In this document: positions 33,671-46,630 of the stretch, in pieces | Layout: each line of letters opens with the position of its first letter | Position numbering within the stretch: position 1 is the first letter of the stretch | DNA from: Trichinella spiralis | Lineage: Eukaryota | Assembly (NCBI RefSeq): GCF_000181795.1 | Contig: NW_003526943.1 | Location: 1,421,647-1,485,646, forward strand | Reading direction: 5' to 3' | DNA: 64,000 bases | Program-made: the position numbers and the translations under genes | Notes under the pieces: generated by a model | Told to the model about the DNA's origin: nothing | Databases searched by the model: none | Seen by the model: only the letters and a program-made list of their open reading frames with translations

Positions 33671-36600
33671 AAAGAAAATGCGAAAAGAACCTTTGCCGCT
33701 ATTGGTGACAAATGACAGAGAACCAATGAATTGCCTTAGGCCAGATCGCGTGACCGAATAACTGAAGACGTTGTTCCAAAATTTGTGAACTGGGCGGCGG
33801 CTAATAATTGTTTATCCAATGCCGTGTTTACTGGCAACGCCAACGCACGCGTCTGGGTCCCGATTTTTTTTCGTTTTGCTGCTCTTCAGCCGCTTTAATT
33901 TCATGCAACATTCCATGCAATCCGATGGTTTTGGAGCCAAATAAAAAAATGAAATACTAAAAGCCATAAACAATTGAAAATCAATTTCCGGTCTGCGCTT
34001 CAGTGAAACCGACATGATAAAGTCGGCAATTTTATGATTATTTTTTTACACACACATGCATGAGATATAGAGTTTACATGTTAGCTTGAACAAAAAATAA
34101 CAACATACCAGATGTTTTACATTTGATATTGGCAACAAAGTATTTTATGCATGTTCATTGACTTCTCAAGTAGAAAACAAATTCAAGTGAAGCCAAATGC
34201 AAATTTAAAATAATAATTACTAAAAATATTTTCCTCTTTTTTAATATTAATCTGTTTAAACGTAAATGTCCATGACAATTATCATGTAGCAGAATAAGAA
34301 TTTTGCATATATTATCCAATTGAAAAACACTTTTCATAAATAGCAATTTTACAATTTATTCTTAAAATTTTAAATAACCATCCAGCTCCAAAGAAGTACG
34401 AGTGAAAAATTAAATAGTTATGATGCAACTTTTCATCACTTTATTCGGGTCGGCAAAATTGTTCATTTGCATGGACATTTTCATCATTGTACTTCATTTT
34501 TGTTCATTAATGTATACTTGATCAATGATTATTTATTATTTATAAAATATTTTATGAATGAAAATTTATTCTTGACCATATGATCGTTTAAAAAATATCG
34601 CATATGAATCAATGAAATAATCGAAAAAATGTGAAGCTTTCATTAAAAAAAACTTGAAAATTTCGAAAAGAATGCATGTTTGTGTGCCTACGTGCATAAT
34701 ATAGTTTCTGAAAAGCAGCAAAATTCACGCCCCGATTTTAATACTACATATTCTAAATTTAATTATTATGGAAAACCGGAAGTTTCCATGAAGCCATCAA
34801 AACTTGATGTAGGACAAAAATACAAGATAATTTATTAATTTTGAAATCACTTTACTTATGAATAATAATAAACGCTCGGAAAACGTTACCAAAAATTTGT
34901 GCACCGTGAAATGAATGATTTATGGGAAAAATATTTCCTTATTTATTTTCTTTATGTTTTGTTTTATCAAATGAATTGATATAAATATTTTTTTGAAAAA
35001 ATTTCACAATCGCATAATGATCCATATACTTCATATTTCACTTCATTCATTGTGGTGTGGGATGCGTTGCATCATTGTTGTTTGTCAGCTGAACAAATAG
35101 CTAGCCAGAGAAAGCTTTGTTGAGCATGAAAATGAACTTTTCTTGCTGAGATGTTTGAGCAAAAATATTTATTTTTTCACATCTATAAATGGCATGCAGT
35201 GGAGAAAAAAATCACGAAAGAATTCAAATTTGCATATGCTAGAGTTTTTCAAGTGTAATTTTGTATTTTCTCATGGGATTTTTTTGCTATTTTGTTAGAA
35301 AATTATGAAAAGATGTAAGTTTATAAAAATTTATTCTGTTCTTTATTTCTCTTGAACATTCAGAAATGTTAATAAAAATGTCAAAGTCATTGGCAAATGC
35401 TTTCTAAGAGTGCCATATTAAAGACAAGTCGAATCACTTGAAGAGAATGTCACAGAGCAACAACAACAACAACAGTGGCAGCAGCAACAGTAAAATAAAT
35501 CTTTCCATTGCTTGATTAGCTTATCCAATTTTTGAAATAACAGATTTTTTGTCTTTTTCTTGTCGAACCATTAAAGCACTGCTTGAAGTAGCTCATTGAT
35601 TGATTGTTTGATTGACTGATCGTATGCTTGATCAATTGGTGGTGAATAAATTTTTGTGAAACCGAAAGCGTATCTTCGTTGAAAGGTTGTCATCGATAGC
35701 TAAAGCAGCTTCAAGCTGAGAAGCAACTTGTTGACAGCGGACAATGCAAAAGTTGGCATTTGGCAAAATTTATTACCTTTACTGTGGCGACAACTTTGGC
35801 AAAAGGATTCAATGCAAAAACAATGATGATGTAATTTATGCAAACAAACAATGCCATTGAAGTCAGTTTATCAATTAGATAAAGGAGCATCTGTTCGTAT
35901 TTCTAGCGTTAAATGGATGAGTCATACTTTTCTCTTTGCTTTTCAGGGGTCATTTGACTGGAAGAAAGAATGAAACCCAGGCAAAACAAAAGGCATATAT
36001 CTTCAACAATTTTCGCATTCCTTTCACCTTTCGCAAAACTTTCAATCAATATTTTAAAATTTAAATTAAAAAAAATTTTTACAATATAGTTTTTTTCTTT
36101 TTTGATCTCCAATCGACACTTGTACTTTTTTTTCTCCGATGCTCTTATTTTTTTATTTATTTGTTTATTTTTTTTGCATTATTGCTTCAATAAATTGAAT
36201 ATATTAATATTTTTCCTGTTTTTATGTTTGAATAAATATTAGCGTTTTGCTTTCTATTTTCTGTGCTGGTGGGATGGTTAATTTGGCAATAAAACGGCGA
36301 AATTTTTAAGATCAGAATCAAGAGTGACATGTTTTCTGAAAATTCTCCTTGAAAATTTTGTCCCTTGCAGCAAATGCTTGGCGAGAAAGCAGCATTTATT
36401 GCACTGCATCAATTTGTTGCATAACTGGATTGCATGTTCTGCAAACTTTACCTTTTTCAAGAAATTTACAATTTAGAAATATCACAGTTTTTATTAAATT
36501 ATTATTCTCAAAAATGATTTACAAATTATCCTATCTTGTACAAAGTTTTCTGTGTAATATTTAAAAAATATTCATTTTATGAGTTATATTTCATTCTTAT

Positions 36601-38462
36601 ACTATATATCTCATTTTTTAGACATGATATCAATGAGATATACTGATATTATTATGTTCTAAGAAGTTTTATTAATCATTAATTATTAAGATCATTATTT
36701 TTTTTAAAAAGCATCTAATGATATTATTAGTGATTAAATTTGCAGCGAAATAAACGCATGCAAAGCTCAGAAATAAAAAACGAAACATTGTATGTTTGAA
36801 TTGTACATTGTTTTTTACACTGCTGGGCTATTTTTGTTTAAATGCTTATGCAGAATATGTTTCAATGTACAATTATTTAAATACAATAAATTTGCATTAT
36901 TTCGTTTATTTGCATAAATTAATATGTATGTATGCAGCGTTTTGTAGCGACGTGACTCAAAAATAACCTATGTCTTTAATCTTTTTACCAACAAGAAAAT
37001 TATCTTTATAAAGAATAGCTGGTTTAATAATGAATGAATTTGCACTCTGCAATGTCAGCCGTGCTTAAAAAATAAAACCTTTTTTTATTGCAAATGTCTT
37101 CGAATAATATTGAAAATTTTGAAGAAGATGGTGACTACGTATGTTTTTAAAACGAACTAAACTGCACTGTGAGCGATAAGATTGCAAGATTTTATCGTAC
37201 GAAATTCTTTAAATTAATTAATTTTTCAAAAATTATTTAAAACATATAAACGCAATGTATCTACACATGGAAATTCATGTGTAGATTATATTTGCAGTTC
37301 ATAATTATGCTTTTAAAATTAAAAATTTACTATTTTATCCAAAAATTAACACATAATGATACTGTAAAGCATATTACACATAAGTGATATTTCAATAATC
37401 CAATAAAATCACACCTTTGCAATTGTTGCATGCATTACAAAATTAGAAGAAAAGGCTATTATGTAAACAGATGAAACGCAGTAATAATAACGGAAAATAA
37501 CATGTCAATTTTAGTTAGCTTTTGCAAAACAATGTGATCACAGAAGCATGCACATTACAAGAAAAATATTCCAATTTCAGTTCAACATGTGATCATTATT
37601 TGGATACACTGGACACGTTGGGATATTTTACTGATGTTTGAATATAAATAATTTATTAAATACAGAGATGGTTACAATAAAATGATAATAACACATGAAT
37701 ATGTACATGAGGCTTGTTTAATAATTAATTTTTATGATCGGCATTGGCAACATTTTAACAACTGCAGTTTAACATTTGAAAGTTGCAATAATTTTTTTTA
37801 TAACTGAAAGATGTAAGTGTAAAAATGTTGCAACATTTTTTATTTTTCATCAAACTAAATTATTGAATTAAGAATTATTTATGCATAAAAATGTGATCAT
37901 TGATGAAGTTAGAAATATAAGAAATGGTATAAAAAGTTTGAATTAGAATGTTTGCAGATGCCGTTCCAACGTGAAGTGGCTTTTCACAATTGAAAATAGT
38001 AATTAATATTTCAGTAAAATTACATTCAACGAACTAGTGCAATTAACAAATAGATATTCATTGAATAATGCAAATGTGAAGTTTTGAAATTATTGAATTT
38101 TCTTCTTTTTCACTATAATGTAAACGTGCTTATATGAATGATAACATAATACAAGCAGCTATTCATCGTAAATTGCATGTAGGGTGTTATTGATTTACAA
38201 TAAAAATGTTCTCTAATTATGAGCTTGATGTAAATGAATTCATCTAAATACTAAAAGAAAAGTTTAATCGAATTCATGCTCAATTTGATTGGAATTTTAC
38301 ATTACGTCACATGAATCATAGTAGAAAAGATCGGAAACAGAAAGGAATGCTTCAAAAGCGCTAACATCTCTCTAAAAATAACAAAACAAACACAAACTGA
38401 ACAGCACAGATATTTTCAAAAAAGATAATTTCCACTCTTGAAATTATGTTCTACAGAACTTT

Positions 38463-39514
38463 TTATTCACTTTGTCGACAAGTGTAAATTTCCACTTTCT
38501 TTTTTCTATCATACTTCTGCAAAGCGCACCTTTCGTTTTCTTTGCACACACACCTATAGAAGAATACAATGAAACAACAGAAAATAAAATTCTACGTTCT
38601 TGATCATTTTTTAAGCATATCTTAATAAACTGTATAATATTAAATGAATGATCGTCCTTTGAAACAGTAATTTTTAAAATTTTAAAGAATTTTACAAACA
38701 ATGAAAGCACAGTTGAAATTTTTTTTCAATATGCAGCTACTGTTAAATGTTTTTAATAAGTGAGTTATATAAAAAGTAGATGATATTTTCGATTTGTTAA
38801 ATTTCATAAATGTATGATTATGTTAAAGAAAATTTTGTATTTAGCAAATATGAGTTTAATTCATAGCATTATAATTTAAACTCTTTACAAATTTTAAAAA
38901 TTAGAAAAAAAGGAATACAGTTCCTATCAGTTTAATAAATCTAAGGTATTGTTTGAAAACACATTTAATAGCATATATTTGAATATTGCTTCTGATTTTC
39001 TTGTTTGGTTAACTTTGATAAAATTATTTTTCTGATGAGAAGCTTTTATTGCATTATAGTTTGGTACAATTAACATCAAATGATTTGAACTTTAAAATTT
39101 CACAGTTCGCCTAATACATTCAGTTTTAAAGTTACAAATAATCCATTAAAGAGTGTAAATCTGCATTATTTGAGAATTTGCAGTTTTGTCTAGTCTAACT
39201 CACCAAGAAGGAATATGTATGTAAGTCAGCATCGCATCCGGCTGTTGCTTGTACTTGCCAAATTGGCATGGTTCAGACTTATAGCAATGCTTTGAGTTGA
39301 GCTGACTTCCTTCAGGAAAAGTAAGGTATGGGACACTTTCCTGTAAAGAATGAAAATGAGCGCAATACACTACACAGTACACTCTTTTGTATAAAAGTAT
39401 GCATTAACAGAAATTTACCATTTCTTGGAAAAATTCTGTTGGTGCAGTGAAGCCTGAACGTGTTAAGAAGAACAAAATTGCAGATACTATACTGAGGGGT
39501 GTGATGAGTACCAT
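38463..39514 (-). CDS. Small secreted 6-cysteine protein, paralog B (107 aa); exons 39514-39419, 39340-39204, 38553-38463
   Basis: Spliced translation MVLITPLSIVSAILFFLTRSGFTAPTEFFQEM|ESVPYLTFPEGSQLNSKHCYKSEPCQFGKYKQQPDAMLTYIHIPSW|CVCKENERCALQKYDRKKKVEIYTCRQSE*. Donors gtaaat and gtgagt, acceptors ttacag and ctatag. Hydrophobic N-terminus. Confidence 0.85.
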
Positions 39515-42500
39515 GTTAAACATACACGCACACGCACACACACACAAGCTTGTTAAATAATGGTAAAGAGTAGAGTAAAAATCTCAGCTGTTGGATAGAC
39601 TAGCAGGTCAGAGTAAGAAATAAGACAGCTCTCTAAATAAAAAGAGATGACAATGATGCAATCCAAGAATAAATTGCATGTGAACACGATCTTTATATAT
39701 ATATATGTATGCATATATGTATTGACTACACTAGTATTATTTGATGACGTGAATAATAATAGCAAACGCCCCGTCGCAGACATTCAGTGACCCACTAGCG
39801 GCAACCATGATTTTTTTACAATGCACTTAGGGCAAATGGAATGTCAAGATTTCCTCGGAGTACTCTATGTCTTCCAGTTCACTACTAGTCATTTGTGACA
39901 GCATCCACCTGCTCCGTTGATTGCGTCGACTGTAATGAGCTTCACACTCGACTGTTGCCATTGTTCATTCTCATTTTGCCATGAAACTATTTTAATTTTC
40001 CCTTTTCACAGAAATTAAAGCAGATTACAAATCACACTGCCCACCAGAGATTTGCGCAAAGCGCACTGTCAGTGCACGTGAAGTATAAATTGCTCTGATA
40101 TGATCATCTCATTATAATCTAATAAAGCTGTCTGTCCAATTCAATTACATTTACTTAAAGGGCAAATCTTATTGAAGAATGACCTTTAGCAAATAAAATT
40201 TCATATTTAGTAAAGAAAAAAAATATAATAATAATAACAGAGCAACAGTAATAGCAACAAATATTTTTAAGGTGTTTTATTTTTGTAGATAACTTTCTTA
40301 AAGTGCCAAAACGGGAAGTAAGTTCAGTCATTCCAAAATTTTTTCTTAATTAAGCAGATCAAGCATTATGTTAATTGAAGAAATTTCATAGAATAATGCA
40401 AAAAATAAATCAGTATATAATAAATTTGTCATATTAAATCAATATTTATTTGTTTTTAAACGGAACTGAAATACCAAAGCATTTTGCAGTCGCTCTGGCA
40501 GTTGATGCAGCAAACAGCATTAGCAGAATTTTGAAAAAAGAAATTTCTACTTAAAATTGCTTTTAAATTAAACTCTTACCGTGCTTTAAACCTCACTACA
40601 ATTACTAAATTAATTAATATGTCGAATCAATACTGAAATTAATATTTTTTTACAGAAAACCCTTATGAAAGAAATCTGAATAACATGTAATAAATAATGA
40701 GGCATGAGTGTTGAAAGCGGCATGCTAGCTAACGTTCATAGTATTGTATGGTATTTCATAAAATAAAATATTAGAGTTTTTAATATTACATTTGTGCCTC
40801 TTATTAAACAGAGATATTTATTAACAACTGCAACAGTATTCATTTTTAGAAATTTACAGGTATACTTATAATGTCCATTAATCTTCGCATATAAAACTAT
40901 TAAAATAATTTTAAACTCATATGAACTTCATTACATTATTAAAAGTAAAAAATGTTAATAAATTCATGTTAATTATTTAAAGATAATAAACTTAAAAAAT
41001 GTAAAGCTATATATATATATATGTATGAAATTTATTAATCTCTTGAAGAGTGCCGTAATAAATATTGGAAAAGCTTATACAAACATTCTTCATGCACAAC
41101 TGTATAAAAACAGTAAAGAAACGGTTTAATTCATAATTTAAAAATAAACAATCAATAATTATACATTAAAAAATTTTTATTATTTAGTTGATATTGAGCT
41201 ATTAATGTAAAATGATAAGTACAGTGAATAATGCGAAATATTTCAATGACATGTTCTGAAAATAGAATATAGATTACATAACTACATACTTATGGCATTT
41301 ATAATAATGATTTAGACTGTCTGGTTTGGCAATGTTAAATCATGACTAACTGTATGTGAAATATAATGCAATATGTGAGGAAACCAAGCATTACATAAAT
41401 TAACATAAGTATTGCTTAGAAATTTATTAAAACTTGTAAAAATTTTGATTATAATAGTTATGACAGTTTCTCTGTTTTATAAAATATTTTTACTTCATTA
41501 TTCAATTATGCTGTATTTTCTGAAATATTCACATTTGCTTAACAAAAGAATACACACTTGTTTGATATTTAAAAATTTAGTGGTAACTAAGATTCTGCTA
41601 GTAGGTACACTCTAAATATTGTAATGAAAAATCTTATGAATATAAATTTTATCTTAGTTAAATTCTACAATACAATCTTTGTTACACTTACTCATAATTT
41701 CATGTTGCATAAACAATTTTAAATTTTGCTTGAATTTTTACTAAAGTGATTTTTACTACCATGACTCTTGCATAATAGTATGTCAAATAAGTGCCATGAT
41801 ACTGAAGAAATGCACTACATGTATATACTGCATATGTGATTGAATTAAGATGAAAATATTTTATTGCTTTGAGTTTGTGAAGGTGGCTTTTTCCACCATT
41901 TATAAAAAAACATATGACACATGCTATGATTTTTAAAATAAGATTGTATTTAATGATGCAATGAATTTTATTATGAAACTATAACACATCTGATTAAACG
42001 GAACCTTAGAAAGTTCTAAATGTATTTAAAAAATTTTGAATAGCAATTTACTCTAAGAATATTTGAATTTGTAAAAATTTTCAGTAAAAGAAAATAAAAT
42101 TTCTATAAAATAAACATACTTTATAGTAATAATTTTGCATACCGGTAAGTTTCACTTCTAAATAAAACATCATATTTAAAGCCCTTTTTATAAACTTTAA
42201 AAATATTTATGAAATATTACGTAAAGTTGACTATGAATTATATGTATTTGTACATATATATATGTATGTATTGCATGTATGTGTAGTGTGAAATGCAATC
42301 TGTAATTTAAATGTATAAATTATTCTGAAATGCAATTTATAAGTTAACTAAAATGGAATTTGTTTTATGTGGTGCTATTTTTGATTTTCTTGAAAATAAA
42401 TTAGTAATTTTTAATTAGCATTCATTTTAGTGTATAAAATTTCTTAGCTGAAATGAAATATGAAGCTATCATATTTCATAAATGTAAGAAGAATACAATT

Positions 42501-43430
42501 TTGAAAAAAGATACATGTGAAGTATGCAACAGCATATTGAAATATTGCATTTCTACTTTATTAAGTCGTTACGATAATGTTATGAACAATTTGTGGCATT
42601 AAAGATAGTTTAATTTTTAAATTCAAATCAGAAATCCTCTGAAGTAAAATGAACGTTACAGTGAATTCAGTGTTGTAAGCTTAATATCGACATTCTAATT
42701 AATTTGCAGTGGCATTAACCACAATGTGTTTACTACTGATATAAAGCTCCATTGCTATTTTATACTGTAAAAGATCATGTGCTGCACTGACGTATGCATA
42801 CTGTCACTGATGTATGCATATTTGTGTAGATAATAATTAATAGATGAAGCCATAAATTGAACTTCATATATTGAAAATAACAAATTGAGAAACAACTTTA
42901 CTATTTTTAATAGTGCTTCAGTATAAGATATAATTACAGTAGTTTCATATATATTTTAAATAATAATTTAAGCACATATAAGTTGAAATACAATAAGTAA
43001 AGTTTTGTTAAAAAGAAAGATTTTCAATATCGCATGGCTATTTATTTCATAAGAAGCATCTACAAGAACACTAGTGTTATTTTTAGAAACCTAATTGTTT
43101 TAAAAGAGAAAAGAGAAATCCATTATTCAAAGTGAATTTCTTTCTAACTGGATGATGCCCATGACCCTGAAAGTCTTCAACAATGGTGAATACTCCAGTT
43201 GGCTAACTAGATCTTGAAATGCTTTCACTTATTTGGGTTGATAAATTGTAGCATATGTAGAAACAACCTTGATAAAACGCAATAAAATATTAGTAGAATG
43301 TTATATTAAAACTTGTTCATGGATTCTGATTGTCGATTAAAAGAATATATTGTATTTATTTTACAATGTACAAAACTTTTTAAGAAAAATATATAATATT
43401 ATAATAGATATATAACAAAAATATTATCTA

Positions 43431-44114
43431 CTAGGCATTCCAAGGATTAATTTCACGGGCTTTGCGTAGCGTTTCATCAGTTTTTTGTAAAAAGTTGTCA
43501 TTTTTTCTTAAATTCAGCAGCACAAATTCTGAACCAACAATACGGGTGTCTTCTTTGCCAACGTATTTATGATTTAAATAAAAATATGGAGATAGTGGCG
43601 GGCTTGGAAATGATTTATAATCTACTAATATCGGCTTTTTGGTGGCTGAATAGGATGTAGATTGGAAATCAGGCGCAGATTTTGAATTCAGAACACTTGA
43701 TTTGGCAAGATCATAATTTTTCGATGAAGTTATTGGTTTTCTATGCATCGTTGAAAAATATTCTGGGCTACTTTTTGGCTGGTAAACTTCAAAATGAGAA
43801 CCAACATAATCCTGAGAGCACTTGATCCCTTCTTTCAACAATTTTTCAATTTCTAATGGCACATACAACGGAGAATTAGATGAACTGTCCAATATCATGT
43901 CCACTTTTAATTGCTGCAGAGGTGAAGCAGATATTGTAATATTATCATCGTAATATTTATCCAGGGTATTTCTTAGTGAAAGTTGTCCAGTTCTTGGTGT
44001 AAATAATTTTTGTACAAAATCCGTATAATTATCAGTAAAATATCCACCTTTCATCATTTCATCCGTATTGCCTTTCACTGCGTTCGTAGTAGTAGTAGAT
44101 TTTTGACTTCTCAT
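43431..44114 (-). CDS. Hypothetical single-exon protein (227 aa, S/K/T/Y/P-rich)
   Basis: 684-bp open frame in very AT-rich, stop-dense DNA. A tatatttag acceptor lies 13 nt before the ATG. No recognisable domain. Confidence 0.6.
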   Translation of the reverse strand: MRSQKSTTTTNAVKGNTDEMMKGGYFTDNYTDFVQKLFTPRTGQLSLRNTLDKYYDDNITISASPLQQLKVDMILDSSSNSPLYVPLEIEKLLKEGIKCSQDYVGSHFEVYQPKSSPEYFSTMHRKPITSSKNYDLAKSSVLNSKSAPDFQSTSYSATKKPILVDYKSFPSPPLSPYFYLNHKYVGKEDTRIVGSEFVLLNLRKNDNFLQKTDETLRKAREINPWNA

Positions 44115-46414
44115 CTTTCAGGTATACCTAAATATAGAAAGTTGAAAAATTTTTACCCTTTCTCTTATCGTGATTGAAAAATTTCAAATAAAGATAAAGA
44201 TTTTCCGTCAATATAGTGGCAGAAAATTGATGTCTTTGGCTTCTCAATTTGATTTGTGGAACTTTTCCAGACAAATAACGCCCGCGGTGTTTTTTCATAA
44301 CTTTCGTTAATTTTGCAAAAATGCACCTTCAAGAGCAAACCGACCAGACCGATTAACCCAAAACAGGGCATGTCAGACAGAAAATAATTTCCCTTTGCAA
44401 AGTCAGCTGATTTGAAAGAATTATTAGAATTTTTCAAAATGAAATAAATAAAACTAGAAATGTGAAACTAGAGCTGAAATGTATTCATTTTCTGCTAAAC
44501 TGAACATGTTAAAATTTTAAAATGAATTAATAATGCATATTTTTTTTCTACCAAAAGAGTAATTTTACATCCGATTTATATGAAAATAAATTAACAAGTG
44601 AATGGCCTGAAAATAAATACTGTGAAGTACACATTAGCATAACTTAATTATTAATTGGATAGTTTCATTGCATGAATTTTTCAAGTGTCCATTTCATTAT
44701 AAAAAAGTATTTTGCATTCGTATAATAAAAAAAGAGAAAGGAGTTAAACACATAGTATGAAATTCATTTATTACTGAAATTTTATTTGTTTATATTCTTA
44801 GTTGACAAAATTTCAATTTTATGCTAATAAAAATTTAAAAGATAATGACTAAATCATTCTAGTAATGCAGGCGTATTTCACTGTAAAAATTAATTATAAA
44901 AATGTGTTAGAAATTAAAATAGACCAGATTTAGCGTGCCCTTTTATTAAAAGTATACGCTTTAAAAATATATTGCAAAGTGTTTACATTTTCTTCAATAA
45001 CTCATTTGCATTATCTTCAGTATAAAATGTAATTTAAAATTTAACTGAAATCGAATCTACTTTGTTCTCATTTAAAATTACATATAAAAATGCTTTACAA
45101 AAATTGTACTTTTGCTAAGCAGTATAAATTTGAAATTTAAAACACTGAATAATTTAAATAAGGCAGTATTTTTTGAAGGACTTTTTGGTACAGTGTAAAA
45201 GGTTTTTAATAATAAAGTTAATGTGCTAACGTACTGTATGATAACATACAAAATAATACAGTGAACACAAAATGAGGTGAAAGCTTAAGTAATCAAACAG
45301 TTTAGTTAGTAAAAATTACTAATAAATAATGAAGCAGCACAACTTAAATTTCGTGTAATGATTCACTTTATTCTTATCAAATTATACAATGGTAAATGCA
45401 AAAAATGTGTAAAATCTATATAATAAAAAAGGTTTATTTCATGAGATATGCCTTCAAGAACATAAAATATTTTGAATAGAATATAAATACAAAATCTTTA
45501 TTTATTTCATTCTCATAAATCATTGCTTTTAAAATAATATGATTCTTGACTAATATTACAGTAACTGCATACATGCAAGTTCATACATCGTAGTTAATTA
45601 TGAATAATTCACTTAAATATGACTGCTTTTTAAACAAAGTGTATTTTGACATGTTAAGTGTATATATGTATAGTAAATTATGCTACGTTTGTTGTTCATT
45701 AAGCAATGCATTTTCTCGACAAACATGTGACACTAGACATGCGTTATTAGTTTGTGAAATATTTTCAAAAGCAGAATGAAAATTCTTCATTCTTTTGTTA
45801 ATAAATAATTATCTAGAAAGAAATTTATTATCAAATAATTTCTATTCGTCAAAATCTGTAAAAAATATTCATTAAGCAGATTTGTTTGATTAAAAATAGT
45901 TTAATAAGCTTACTTCAAGTTTACAAAAGACTGCTTGCCACCGCTTTTCAATGTCACAATGGGCAGGTATGTGAATGTAAATGAATGCTCCAGAAGCATG
46001 CCTAGCTACCAAAGCAATGAGAATTAAATTTCTGAATTGTTTTGAAGCATTTTAGTGTCATTAGTTAAATTGCAGCTTGTTGCATCTCTAGCATTTGTTA
46101 TGATGAAACATTTGAACAGCTGCTTGCATTCTGAAATTATCGCAACTCTGAAGTACGCATTGCATCGCAACAAGAATGATAAGTTAAACGTTTGATCAAA
46201 GCATATGCTAACATCTGAATGTTTCATTCGCTTTTTGTTAAGTAATGCTTTCATTTGTATTTGCTGATGTTTCCGATGTTTGAAGATTGTGTTGTATATT
46301 CTAAAACTGATTCATTTTTCCTGAATTAAGGCGTTTTCAGAAGTTGAAGCATGTATATTTAGCATCTTGGACATATTTGTTTTTGTTTTTTATGCTTCAA
46401 CCATATTGAATTGA

Positions 46415-46469
46415 AGAAGCAGTTTTAGTAGCGTAATAGAAGCAGTTTTAGTAGCGTAATAGAAGCAGT
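46415..46469. repeat. 23-bp tandem duplication upstream of syntrophin
   Basis: AGAAGCAGTTTTAGTAGCGTAAT twice, plus a partial third copy AGAAGCAGT. Confidence 0.85.
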
Positions 46470-46630
46470 GAATTAAACTCTTTGACAGATGAGCCCAAAC
46501 AGCTGTTAAAAACCAACCGCTCATGATTCTCATAAAATTTAGATTCCATTTAAATTGCAACGCCATTTTCAATTTCTTAATCTTTCTGTCAAATATCTCA
46601 TCAGTAGACGAGAGTGAACGTTGAAGTGAT

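Noticed and set aside
33197..33726. Cys/Val-rich ORFs (CVCVCV...)
   Set aside because: Translations of (CA)n/(GA)n microsatellites.
34100..38400. A third member of the secreted six-cysteine family between or beyond the paralogs
   Set aside because: No SEPC, IPSW or CVC-type exons found by eye here or in 40000-43400. A tBLASTn search could still reveal diverged remnants.
46024..46254. ICFDQTFNL resembles the first-Asp motif of MULE transposases
   Set aside because: Only a short motif, with no supporting downstream similarity or TIRs.
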